DNA of 41,488 bases from Robiginitalea sp. Its GTDB lineage: Bacteria; Bacteroidota; Bacteroidia; Flavobacteriales; Flavobacteriaceae. Below, one piece after another: positions 20,348-29,657 of the stretch. The notes beneath the pieces were generated by a model. It was not told the origin of the DNA. It did not search any database and was given only the letters and a program-made list of their open reading frames with translations. The first letter of the stretch is position 1. Each line of letters starts with the position of its first letter. The position numbers and the translations under genes are program-made. The stretch spans positions 1 to 41,488 of the forward strand of contig CAXQQM010000275.1 of NCBI GenBank assembly GCA_964226055.1, in the 5' to 3' direction.

Positions 20348-21599
20348 GGCGTAAATGTAAGCTGATGAAGACAGAATTGAAAATCGCAAAAAAGAGGACC
20401 CCGTGAAAGCGGCTCAGCAGGTTCTCGAACAGCATAAAAGTCATACAGAGGATAAGGAGTACCTGGTAGGTCTTCCCGGCCGATCGGAATGCCAGGGCAA
20501 GGCAGCGGTAGAGAAAAAACAGGAAATAGAGCAAGCCCGGCAGGCCGCAAGCCAAAAGGACGTGAAAATAGAAGTTGTGTGTGTTGTAGTTGCGCAGGGC
20601 GTAAGCATTCGTGTCGTAACCGGAATAGCACCCGTCCAGTGCATCCTGTACATCCCCGATCCCTACGCCGGCAAGCGGGTTAGCCGCAAAGAGTTCCGCC
20701 GCGCAGAGGTACGTGCCTATCCGGAGGTTTACGGAATTATGGCGTGCCCCCACGGGAGGTGCCCATTCGGTCACCTGAAACTCCCTGACAAAGCGCGCCC
20801 GGATGGAGGGAACCAGGGCGACGGCCAGACCCGAAAATACGATGAGGCCCGCCAGGAATACCCATTTCCAGCGGCCTTTTGTCCGCTGAACAATGAAGAG
20901 GAACACGGACAATGCGGCGCCGATCGCGCCGATCCGCGAGGCGAGCAACAACACGGTGACCCCCAGCAGTACAAATACGGGGTATACCAACCAGCGCATC
21001 GTCCGCCTCCCGCTTTGGCCGAATTCCAGGGCAAGGTACATGCCGAAGGCGTACCAGAGGGCCACGTAGGTGGGGTGGTACTCGCCGTAGCCCGCCTCAT
21101 AGGCCGCGGACCGGAACGGCAGGTTGTTAAATGAATCGGAGGCCCATGGGAATTCCAACCCAGACGAAACGAAGAAATGGTAATTCATCATCAGGGCCTG
21201 CCCGGCACAGGCCAACAGGAAGGTTGCACCGATCAGCTGCCAGCCCTTCCGGGTTACTGGTGGGTTCACAATGAATAAAACCAGGGGGAAAACAACGAGG
21301 CTGGCCCCCTGTGAGATTTTCTCCAGGCCCGCTTCCAGATTTTCGGAATAAAGCAAACTCAGCGCATATATGACCAGCAATCCCGAGACAAATAGCCAGG
21401 TGGCCCACCTGATCCTGAGGCGCAATCGGAGTTCCGGGCGTTCCCTGGCCAGCGCCCAGATGAGGCTGGCAGTGCCCCAAATGGCAATCAGCCAGGAAAC
21501 ATGGGCCATCCGCAATACTGGAAACAGGGCTACCAGGCACAACAACCAGACCCGAAAATCTATTCCGCGCAACTCCATTACGAATGCTTTAGGATCCAT
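20304..21599 (-). CDS. O-antigen ligase-like (Wzy_C) membrane protein
   Basis: About 11 TMs, LLASRIG, and a periplasmic loop NPLAGVGIGD..YNTHNFYF with the conserved His. Confidence 0.8.
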   Translation of the reverse strand: MDPKAFVMELRGIDFRVWLLCLVALFPVLRMAHVSWLIAIWGTASLIWALARERPELRLRLRIRWATWLFVSGLLVIYALSLLYSENLEAGLEKISQGASLVVFPLVLFIVNPPVTRKGWQLIGATFLLACAGQALMMNYHFFVSSGLEFPWASDSFNNLPFRSAAYEAGYGEYHPTYVALWYAFGMYLALEFGQSGRRTMRWLVYPVFVLLGVTVLLLASRIGAIGAALSVFLFIVQRTKGRWKWVFLAGLIVFSGLAVALVPSIRARFVREFQVTEWAPPVGARHNSVNLRIGTYLCAAELFAANPLAGVGIGDVQDALDGCYSGYDTNAYALRNYNTHNFYFHVLLACGLPGLLYFLFFLYRCLALAFRSAGKTYQVLLILCMTFMLFENLLSRFHGVLFFAIFNSVFISLHLRHADRLLGSVPQSDR

Positions 21600-22678
21600 T
21601 CGAAAAATTCTTCCCATCCGGTCACGTGCGGGGGATCGATGGGCCTCGCAGTTTGGGGTTCGAATTGGATGGTCCCGTCAATAAGCGCCTTCATATGGGT
21701 AGTAAGCGATGCCGGGTTGCCCGGGTCAAAAAATTTGGCGCGTTCATACGTGCCCAGGGTTTCATGCGCATAAGGCAGGTCGGAAAGGAAGAGCGGTTTC
21801 CCGGTCTGTTTAAACTCCGTGATCGGATAGCCCCAGGTTTCCAGTTTGGAGGGAAAAATCATGCAATCCGCCTCTGCGTAATTCTGGTAAACCTCTTTAC
21901 GGGTCAGCAGGCCCAAAAACCGAATCCCGGGCACCTGGCCGAACCGCTCGTGCAAATCCCGGGTATAGCTATTGAGTTCCTCTGAGATCGTAACGCGCAA
22001 TTCCGAACGGCTCCTGTAGGATTCGGGCAGGTCTGCATATGCCTGGCAGGCGGCCTCAAAATTTTTAAACGGCCTGGGAAAGCTGGGAAAAAAGAACACC
22101 GTCCTGCCCGGGTTGCCGGTGGGTGCGCTGGGAAATTCCCGGGATATATCCGCCACCTCCGGGTGGGCCACCACGATGTTTTCCAGCCCCCAGCGCGAGC
22201 GAAATGCCTGGCGGATCCAGTCTTGCTGGACAAAGAGGAACCGGTTCTTGCGGATATTGATGCCGTAGAGGTAAATGTAGAACTTCGAGAACAGGTACAC
22301 CTTGGGGTTGACGAACAGGTCGGCGAAGCCGGACTGGTAAAACGGGGCGGGGTTGTGGCAATAGACGTATCGGTTCGGGCAGACGACATTCGGGGTAATG
22401 TCGTGGAGGGATAGCCAGTGGTCCGGTTTGAGTTGTCGGGACAATTTCCTGAATGCAAAAAATTCGTAATACATCCGTCTGAACCAGGATCCTTTGGATT
22501 TCGGGAACTCGATATATTCGATCCCCGAAGCGGGCCCAAGCTCCCGGGAATGAACGAGAGCCGTGACGTGGAAACGGTCCGTGAACCGTTCCGAAAGAAC
22601 CTCCAGGCTGTCCTCGAGGACGGAGAGCGGGCCGCCGGAGGTCAGATTGATCGCCGATATAACCAGGTGCTGTTTCAT
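21578..22678 (-). CDS. GT4 glycosyltransferase, WbbK-like
   Basis: VISAINLTSGGPLSVL, WLSLHDITPNV, YVYCHNPAPFY, FVQQDW, FPSKLETWGYPITE, SDLPYAHET closely recall E. coli WbbK. ATGA overlap with the upstream gene. Confidence 0.85.
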   Translation of the reverse strand: MKQHLVISAINLTSGGPLSVLEDSLEVLSERFTDRFHVTALVHSRELGPASGIEYIEFPKSKGSWFRRMYYEFFAFRKLSRQLKPDHWLSLHDITPNVVCPNRYVYCHNPAPFYQSGFADLFVNPKVYLFSKFYIYLYGINIRKNRFLFVQQDWIRQAFRSRWGLENIVVAHPEVADISREFPSAPTGNPGRTVFFFPSFPRPFKNFEAACQAYADLPESYRSRSELRVTISEELNSYTRDLHERFGQVPGIRFLGLLTRKEVYQNYAEADCMIFPSKLETWGYPITEFKQTGKPLFLSDLPYAHETLGTYERAKFFDPGNPASLTTHMKALIDGTIQFEPQTARPIDPPHVTGWEEFFEWILKHS

Positions 22679-23301
22679 ACGGGGTCCCATTGGCCGGTCT
22701 CTGTGTCATACCTCCGTATCACCCGCCCGGGCATCCCGACAATCAGGGAATACGGCGGGTACTCCCCCTTGAGCACAGCATTGCACCCGGCAACGCATCC
22801 CTGCCCCACACGCGTACCTGCCAGCACGGAGACATTCTCGGCAAGCCAAACGTCGTCCCCGATATGGATCGGCTTTCCATCCAGGGGCCGCTTATCGGGT
22901 GGCAGCCGCATATCCTCGGGGTGGCTGTTGGAAGTGGCCCCGTGGTCGTGATCGATGATCAGGACATTGCTGCCCACCAGCACGTCGTAGCCGTTGGTAA
23001 TGCCGTAGGCACAGCCGATATGCACATTGTTGTTCAATTTTACCCGGGAGCCTATCCTGACCCGGGGTTTCCCGGGGGAATTCCGGATCTCCCCGCTGTA
23101 ATAGTCCGGATCCAGTACCTCGATCCGAAGGTGCGGGCCGGCGCTGAAACTTTCGCCGAAGGAAACCAGGCGGCGGTTGATCAGCGTGGCGGGCTGGCGA
23201 AGCTTTCGGATTCCGGCCCCGTAAAAGATCCGGGTGATCAGGAGGTCGCGGATATTCCTATAGATATCCGGGATGGAATATGCCGTAAGGATTCGATTCA
23301 T
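22675..23301 (-). CDS. Hexapeptide-repeat O-acetyltransferase, WbbJ-like
   Basis: IRDLLITRIFY, IIDHDHG, PPDKRPL, IHIGDDVWLAENVSVLAG, GMPGRVIRRYD..W recall E. coli WbbJ. Confidence 0.85.
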   Translation of the reverse strand: MNRILTAYSIPDIYRNIRDLLITRIFYGAGIRKLRQPATLINRRLVSFGESFSAGPHLRIEVLDPDYYSGEIRNSPGKPRVRIGSRVKLNNNVHIGCAYGITNGYDVLVGSNVLIIDHDHGATSNSHPEDMRLPPDKRPLDGKPIHIGDDVWLAENVSVLAGTRVGQGCVAGCNAVLKGEYPPYSLIVGMPGRVIRRYDTETGQWDPV

Positions 23302-24556
23302 TGCGCCTGGCTTGTGTGTAAGATATACGGTAAAGATACAGCATGACCAAAAACCCGAGCATCGTATAATGGCCCTGGCGGAGGATTCGCAAGGCGATTA
23401 ATACGAAAAGGCCATTATTCAATGCCCAGAGGAATAAATCCGTACCTGCCCGGGAATAGGCCAGGCGGTTGCCAAATACAAATACGAGCAGCAGGATGGC
23501 CCCGAGGATACCGGTTTCGGCCAGCATCCGGATCAACAAGCTGTTCCCGTCCTCCCGGTTCAGGCGGAAATTCCTGCGCCAAACCGAATCCGGGATCACC
23601 TCCTCTATAAACCTGTCATAATTATAGACATAGGTGCCTAAACCGGTCCCCAGGACCGGGTCTTCCTTCAGTACGGCCCGCATGACACTGAAATTGCTAT
23701 ACAGCGCATAGGTGCTGAGGTTCACCTGCTCGATTTCCTCCGTACTCACCTTCTGGGCCGTAAACAAATCAAAGGTATCGTCAACCCGGAACCGGACTTC
23801 GGGGATGCGGTAAATAAGCAGAGCGGTGCCGACAAGGACCGGGAAAAGGATCGCCAGGTAGAGGGGTTTCCGGAGGACGGAGTACTTGGAGAATACGATC
23901 ATGGCCAGGCTCAGGCTCAGGCCCAGGTAGCCGAGTGAGGAGCGGGCGAGCAGGACGACCACCAGGATGAGCAGGGCGGACAGGTGGCGCGGGCGTTCGA
24001 CAATGCCGAACAGGCGCGAAAGGGATAGGAAAACGGCCGGTGTGAGTGCGTAGACCATGAATGACGGTTCCTGGAACCAACTCTGGATCCTGGCTGTATG
24101 CAATTTGAAATTCCCCATATCGAAACCGAGATAGGAATAGTCCGCCCCGGGAAGGAACCCGGCCAGAGACGAGATAAACTGTAAAATGGCGACCCCACAG
24201 ATCAGGTAGACTATCTGCAGGTAATCCCGGGCGATTTTTTTGGCGTCAAACCCGTAGGCGTTCACCAGTAAATAGGCAAATGTAAATTGGAACAGCAGCA
24301 ACAAAAACTGTTTGGTAAAACCGCTGAAAGATGTTCCTTTTACCAACGGCACCAGGGCCAGGAGGACAAGCAGCCCGATTCCCCAGGAAAAAATGCGAAG
24401 CGAAACCCGTATTTTCTTCAGGCTGAACAGGTACACCCCGATCAACAGCGCCTGCAGCAGGTAGTTCACCCGGAAATCAAACCCCAGGTCTACGGGCACG
24501 TAGAGGTTCCCCAGGAAGATGGTGAGCAATGCCAGTTTATTGATCCACGACTTCAT
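23258..24556 (-). CDS. wzy: Putative O-antigen/polysaccharide polymerase (Wzy)
   Basis: About 11 TMs, RIQSWFQEPS, GTGLG loop, and position inside the glycan locus. Confidence 0.65.
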   Translation of the reverse strand: MKSWINKLALLTIFLGNLYVPVDLGFDFRVNYLLQALLIGVYLFSLKKIRVSLRIFSWGIGLLVLLALVPLVKGTSFSGFTKQFLLLLFQFTFAYLLVNAYGFDAKKIARDYLQIVYLICGVAILQFISSLAGFLPGADYSYLGFDMGNFKLHTARIQSWFQEPSFMVYALTPAVFLSLSRLFGIVERPRHLSALLILVVVLLARSSLGYLGLSLSLAMIVFSKYSVLRKPLYLAILFPVLVGTALLIYRIPEVRFRVDDTFDLFTAQKVSTEEIEQVNLSTYALYSNFSVMRAVLKEDPVLGTGLGTYVYNYDRFIEEVIPDSVWRRNFRLNREDGNSLLIRMLAETGILGAILLLVFVFGNRLAYSRAGTDLFLWALNNGLFVLIALRILRQGHYTMLGFLVMLYLYRISYTQARRNESNPYGIFHPGYL

Positions 24557-25517
24557 GGTAGCGGAGTTTGGGGTTGCCTATCAATTTAAAAAACATCGGG
24601 ATCCTGTCTGCCTGGCCGCGAAGCAACCGGTTGAGGATATACATTCCGCCGTGGAGGATGTAAAAAAGGCCGATGGTGCTTTTGAAAAATTTCCGGTTAA
24701 AGAGGATTTTGCTCCGGATTCCGTAAAAATCGGAGAATTTTGAGGTGCTGCCAATGGCCCCGCCCCCCTTGTGGTAAATCCGCGATTCGTTTTCCACGCA
24801 AAACCCCATTCCCACCTTCCGCGCCCGCAAGACCCAGTCGTATTCCTCGAAAAAAAGGAAGTACGACTCGCACATGGGGCCCACCCGGTGATGGAATTCA
24901 CTGGTGATAAACAAGGAGGCACCCACCGGGTAATCCACCGGTTGGTCCGGGTCCCTGTTCAGGCGGATCCATCCGGGAACCGGGAGGTACCGGCCGCCGG
25001 CGGACTGGATGCGATCCGGTTTCTCGTATTCGTACAATACGGAACCGACCAGGTCCATACGGCTCGTTCTTTGCGTGTGCACCAACGCCGCAAGCGTGGC
25101 AGGGGTGACCACCGTATCGTTGTTGAGCAACCAGAAATAGCGAAACCCGGGGTCTCCCGAAACTGCGCGAAGTGCCGTGTTGTTGGCAGCGGCAAAGCCC
25201 CGGTTCTCCGCGGCCCTGATAAACAGGATCTTTTCGGCGAACCCCGCAGGGACCAGGTCGCCTTCGGTGACCACCCGGTGTGGTACCGGGGCGCTTCCGG
25301 GGAATACGAGTTCGGGGAATGTCCCTTCCTCGGCTTGGAGCTCCCCCCTGGCCCACGAAAGCATTTGGTCCAGTGGCACCTCATCCGGGGAATTGTCCAC
25401 CACGACAATGCGGAAATCGGGGTAATCCAATTTCAAGAGGGATTCCAGGCAGGCAATCGTATCCCGCCAGGACTTGAAGTTAACCAGTACAATACAGGTC
25501 TTGGGCGGCTCGGTCAT
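24537..25517 (-). CDS. GT2 glycosyltransferase
   Basis: VLVNFK, VVVDNS, NRGFAAANN, WLLNNDT, YFLFFEEYDW. Confidence 0.88.
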   Translation of the reverse strand: MTEPPKTCIVLVNFKSWRDTIACLESLLKLDYPDFRIVVVDNSPDEVPLDQMLSWARGELQAEEGTFPELVFPGSAPVPHRVVTEGDLVPAGFAEKILFIRAAENRGFAAANNTALRAVSGDPGFRYFWLLNNDTVVTPATLAALVHTQRTSRMDLVGSVLYEYEKPDRIQSAGGRYLPVPGWIRLNRDPDQPVDYPVGASLFITSEFHHRVGPMCESYFLFFEEYDWVLRARKVGMGFCVENESRIYHKGGGAIGSTSKFSDFYGIRSKILFNRKFFKSTIGLFYILHGGMYILNRLLRGQADRIPMFFKLIGNPKLRYHEVVDQ

Positions 25518-26467
25518 CCCTCGGGTTCTTTAAAATGGGTCCAGGCATCCAGGTTCCTCCCGAGCATCCCCCGCAACCGGCTGACATCCTCCTGGAATAG
25601 TTGTGCCAGGTCGGCCAGGTCGGAGGAGCTGGGCGGCTCCATCGGGACAATCTGCCTGCGGAGGATTCGGTCCTTGGCCCGTCTCGCCCGCTCTGCCCAG
25701 CTATCCGGCAAGGCGTTCTTGATCCATGTTTTCGTATAATGCGGCCTGGCCAGGTAGCGGGAAATTGCCCCTTTTTTGTAGACGCCTCCTTCGTTAAATT
25801 TTTGTGCGATGGAATCGGGTACAAACGAGGCGTCCACTTCCAGGAATTCATAGAGTTCCCGCAGCGTTTTTTCAGGATTGGACACGAGGTCCTCGAACAG
25901 GATTATCCGGATTTTTTCCCGGGGAAATTGATCCAGGATCGACCGGACCTTATCCGCATACAGGGAATGACCGCTGTATTGCCAGAAATCCCCGTAGCCG
26001 GAGGCTGCCCGTTCCGGTTCAAGGGCCACGGCGCGGGCCAGGGGTTCCGACTCGTACCCGAGCCGGAGCTGGTGTTTGTAGTTTGAAATTGCCCGGCTTA
26101 CCGGGTCCCTCAACACGACAACCACCTGTATCCCGTCGCCGAGTTCTTCCCGGAGCCGCGGGGCGATCGAATCAATATGGTAAAAATAGGAAGGGGATAC
26201 CTCCCCGACCCTTTTCTCACCCGACACCCCGGTGAAATGTTCCCGGTATGCTGCCTTCGTGGCGGGAAGTTCCCGAACCGCGTCGCGGTCTCCGGGTCCG
26301 GCCGTCCGCTTCCGCAATTCGTCTACTGTGAAATAATGGAGCTCTTTCCGTTTCGGCAAGAAAATATCGGGGTGTTCCCGCAGGTATTCGTACAGAGAGG
26401 TGGTTCCTGCCTTCGGCACGCCCAGGACCAGGAAATCAGGTAACCGAATCGATGTTGAATTGCTCAT
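25514..26467 (-). CDS. PAPS-dependent sulfotransferase 1
   Basis: 5'-PSB loop PDFLVLGVPKAGTTSL, KELHYF, GEVSPSY, 3'-PB motif LRDPVSRAIS. Confidence 0.9.
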   Translation of the reverse strand: MSNSTSIRLPDFLVLGVPKAGTTSLYEYLREHPDIFLPKRKELHYFTVDELRKRTAGPGDRDAVRELPATKAAYREHFTGVSGEKRVGEVSPSYFYHIDSIAPRLREELGDGIQVVVVLRDPVSRAISNYKHQLRLGYESEPLARAVALEPERAASGYGDFWQYSGHSLYADKVRSILDQFPREKIRIILFEDLVSNPEKTLRELYEFLEVDASFVPDSIAQKFNEGGVYKKGAISRYLARPHYTKTWIKNALPDSWAERARRAKDRILRRQIVPMEPPSSSDLADLAQLFQEDVSRLRGMLGRNLDAWTHFKEPEG

Positions 26468-26502
26468 TGCCAATCTTGTTATTTCACCGCTGTGGACGTT
26501 CT

Positions 26503-27378
26503 TTACAGCAGGTCGGAATACCCCAGCCGCTCCATCAGCGGGTCGTTTTGAATACGCCGGTAGAGTTCCAGTCCCTGCGGGTCGTTGCGGAACCGGTATG
26601 CCTTATCCGCCTCTATCCCATCGGTAATTTCCGCGACCAGCCCGTCCGTTACGTCAATGCCCAGATATTGTACGAGCTCCCGGAGCACCGGCTCCGGTTC
26701 TGCGAGGAAGGATTCGTACCGTATATGCATAAATGGCATGTCGAGTTTCCGCTCATGGTCCAGGATGGATTGCGTATACGTCTTCCAGAGTGCGTAGCCT
26801 TCCGATAGGTGGTCCGACCGAACCGAATCCTGGTACCCGACTTTACCTGACATCATTCGCTCCTTCAGCCGGGATCTCCAGCTTTTCCGAAAGGACTGCC
26901 GCGTTTGCGCCTCACGGGCCCTGAGGCTCAGGGCGACATCCACGGGGTTGCGGTATATGTGGAGGATTCGTGCCGCGGGAAATTGCCCGGCCCACAAATC
27001 AAGGGTAATTGAATTTCTGGGGTCTTTCCACCCCCAGCGATCCGGCAGCCTCCCGCCCATTTTCGCAGAGAGATACCGGCGTTTCCCCAGGTAGCCCGCC
27101 AGGGCCGAACCCCGGATCCTTCTCGATACGGCCCCGGCCAGGTGCTCCTGCATATAGTCTGAGGAAAACCGGTAGTTGGACGGGCTGTCCCAGAATGCGT
27201 TATGCTGGCGGAGGATCCAATTGTTGATCCCGATAAAAAAGAGGGATTCGTGATCGCCCTGCAGGTCGTCCCCCATGAAATAGCCGGACTTTTCAATAAA
27301 CCGGCTCAGCATGGATGTCCCCGAGCGGTGCATACCCACCAGTATAAGCGGGGAATCTGAAAGTAATTTCTGGGCCAT
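26503..27378 (-). CDS. PAPS-dependent sulfotransferase 2 (different subtype)
   Basis: GMHRSGTSML, WGWKDPRN, IYRNPVDVALS, IRYESFLAEP. Confidence 0.88.
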   Translation of the reverse strand: MAQKLLSDSPLILVGMHRSGTSMLSRFIEKSGYFMGDDLQGDHESLFFIGINNWILRQHNAFWDSPSNYRFSSDYMQEHLAGAVSRRIRGSALAGYLGKRRYLSAKMGGRLPDRWGWKDPRNSITLDLWAGQFPAARILHIYRNPVDVALSLRAREAQTRQSFRKSWRSRLKERMMSGKVGYQDSVRSDHLSEGYALWKTYTQSILDHERKLDMPFMHIRYESFLAEPEPVLRELVQYLGIDVTDGLVAEITDGIEADKAYRFRNDPQGLELYRRIQNDPLMERLGYSDLL

Positions 27379-27442
27379 TCGCCGTTATTTCAATACAAAT
27401 TTGATAAAACTTCGCAATTAAACGCGTGCGCTCGCCTTTTTT

Positions 27443-28747
27443 CTATTTCCACGGGATATAGACCGCATAGATTCCCAGTTTTTGCCGCGCCAGGATGACC
27501 AGGACGATATTCTTCAAGCCGATACTTGCCATAGTCGCAATGGCAGCGCCCAGGATGCCGTGGTAATAGATCAAAACCAGGTTAGCCGTCAGTGCAAAAG
27601 CCACAGCGGCCAGGGTTACCTGCATGACGGATTTCTGGTGGCCGCTCATGTTCAGCAACAGGCCAACGGGGCCACACCCCGCATTGAGCAATTGGCCGAA
27701 GCACAGGATCACCAAAACGGTAGCCCCATCCGAAAATTCCGGGTTGATCGAAGCCAGGAGCGTTTCCGGGAATAGGATCAATAGTAAAAAAGGCAATGCG
27801 GAAAGGAGAAAAATATACCGGGTGCTTTTCCGGATAAACCGGTCCAGCTCTTCCCGCTTTCCCTTCCAGTATAGATGGGAGATTCTCGGGGCAATCGTCG
27901 TGTTTATAGCCAAAAGGACAAAGCTGATCAACAGGGACAGTTTCAGGCACAACGCAAACACTCCCGTGTCGTAGGTGTCCTGTATCGCCTGAACCATGTA
28001 AAGGCTTGCGTTGGCCAGGATATAGGATCCCAGTGCCACCACCATCAGGGGCAGTGCCGTCCTCAGGAGTTCGCGGGTATGCAATCCGGAACGCCCCCCC
28101 GCCAGTTTAGCAACGCGACGCAGCGTTTGGGTCAGGGAGATGAATGAAGTCAGGAATACACCGCCCGCCAAGGCGTAGATCGGCAATTTCATCGAATCGA
28201 ATTCGTGGAAAGCCAAAATGCCCAGCGCAGTCAGGAGGGGAATGACCAGGGTGCGGTAAAACTCCGAAATGGCCGCCTGCCCCAATCCCCTCAAATACTC
28301 GACGTTGATCAGGTTGACCGTGAAGAATGGCGCCATCAGGCCCACGAGGCGCAGCGTGTCCGCGTGCTGCGGGTCATCAAATACCCGGTTTGCCAAAAAT
28401 TCTGCACCCAGGATCAACGCCAAGGATAAAGGGACAACCGACCAGCCGATGATCCTGAGGCTCGTATAATACAGCGCTTTCTGCCGTCCCGAGTCCTCCG
28501 GGCCGCTGAACTGGCCCGCATATCGAAGGATTGCCGTGGGCAGGCCTACACCGGCCACATGGCCATAGACGATCATGGTGGTTTGGGCAATACTGTACAG
28601 CCCCAGGCCCACCGGGCCAAACCGCCTGGACACCAGGATGGCCACGACATAACCGAGCAGCATCCCCAATGCCTTAACCAGCATCACCCAAAAACTCTGG
28701 CGTGCGAGGGAACCCGGGGCCTTGAAAAATTTTCTGATCCCCGTCAT
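27443..28747 (-). CDS. wzx: Oligosaccharide flippase (Wzx, MOP family)
   Basis: About 12 TMs, SRRFGPVGLGLYS, LLNMSGHQK, GILGAAIAT. Confidence 0.88.
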   Translation of the reverse strand: MTGIRKFFKAPGSLARQSFWVMLVKALGMLLGYVVAILVSRRFGPVGLGLYSIAQTTMIVYGHVAGVGLPTAILRYAGQFSGPEDSGRQKALYYTSLRIIGWSVVPLSLALILGAEFLANRVFDDPQHADTLRLVGLMAPFFTVNLINVEYLRGLGQAAISEFYRTLVIPLLTALGILAFHEFDSMKLPIYALAGGVFLTSFISLTQTLRRVAKLAGGRSGLHTRELLRTALPLMVVALGSYILANASLYMVQAIQDTYDTGVFALCLKLSLLISFVLLAINTTIAPRISHLYWKGKREELDRFIRKSTRYIFLLSALPFLLLILFPETLLASINPEFSDGATVLVILCFGQLLNAGCGPVGLLLNMSGHQKSVMQVTLAAVAFALTANLVLIYYHGILGAAIATMASIGLKNIVLVILARQKLGIYAVYIPWK

Positions 28748-29634
28748 GTCTTATTCCAGCTAGAAAAATCCAGGGAAGTCAACTCCTTCAGGCGGGGTAT
28801 CTCCTCCGAATAGTACGTCTGCCAGGCCTGCCGGTACACCTCCCCGGATAACGGGGTTACGGAATCCGTGCGGCTGTTCAGCTCGTTGATGCGTTCGCGG
28901 AGTTTCTTCTTGAATCGCATGGAAGGCACGAGCCGCTTGACCAGCCGTTTTACCGCGGTGTCCTTGAATATCACGTCCCGGAGCATTTTACTCCTGGGCT
29001 GGGAAGCCGGGTTGCTCTTCAGGTCGAACCGGTATTCAAATGCCGGCAAACCGAGGAATTCGTGTATGCGTTCCAGGGTGGCTTCGGGAGCGCCGATCAG
29101 GTCGTCTTCAAAGGTCAGGAATAAAAACTGCGACGGGTCGAAAAACCGGAAATACGTTTCAATCTGCCGGTGGTAATACCCCCTCTGGATGTAGCTGAAC
29201 TGGTTCCGGCCGAAAGGCTCGCCCGTACGGTCCTTTTCCCTGGCGAGGGCGTCCTGGAAAGAAAGCGTTTCAAACCCGCGGCGGCAGCTCATCAAATAGT
29301 GGGAATAGGCTCTTCGCACCGGGTCGCGAAGGATGAACAGGAAACGCAGGGGGGTATCCGGCCCGATCTGCCTGTGGATCCGTTCGGCCGTTCCCTCAAA
29401 AAAACAATAGCTGGGGTCCACTTCACCCACCACCCGGCAGGCCTGGAGTTCGTCCGGCTCAAAATACTTCTTGAAATAGGCGGCAACCCCCTCGCGGTTT
29501 TTGTGGGGAAGCGAAAAAAAATGGGTTTCTTTTTCCCGCGGTAGGCAAACAGCCGGATTCTGCTGCAGGATGTCATTCAGGGTGGTCGTCCCCGCTTTCT
29601 GGGCCCCGATACAAAAGAACATGGGTTTATTCAT
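28744..29634 (-). CDS. PAPS-dependent sulfotransferase 3
   Basis: FFCIGAQKAGTTTL, KETHFF, GEVDPSY, LRDPVRRAYSHY. Start ATG 29634. Confidence 0.9.
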   Translation of the reverse strand: MNKPMFFCIGAQKAGTTTLNDILQQNPAVCLPREKETHFFSLPHKNREGVAAYFKKYFEPDELQACRVVGEVDPSYCFFEGTAERIHRQIGPDTPLRFLFILRDPVRRAYSHYLMSCRRGFETLSFQDALAREKDRTGEPFGRNQFSYIQRGYYHRQIETYFRFFDPSQFLFLTFEDDLIGAPEATLERIHEFLGLPAFEYRFDLKSNPASQPRSKMLRDVIFKDTAVKRLVKRLVPSMRFKKKLRERINELNSRTDSVTPLSGEVYRQAWQTYYSEEIPRLKELTSLDFSSWNKT

Positions 29635-29657
29635 GATGGATCCTTTCGGTTGCACAA

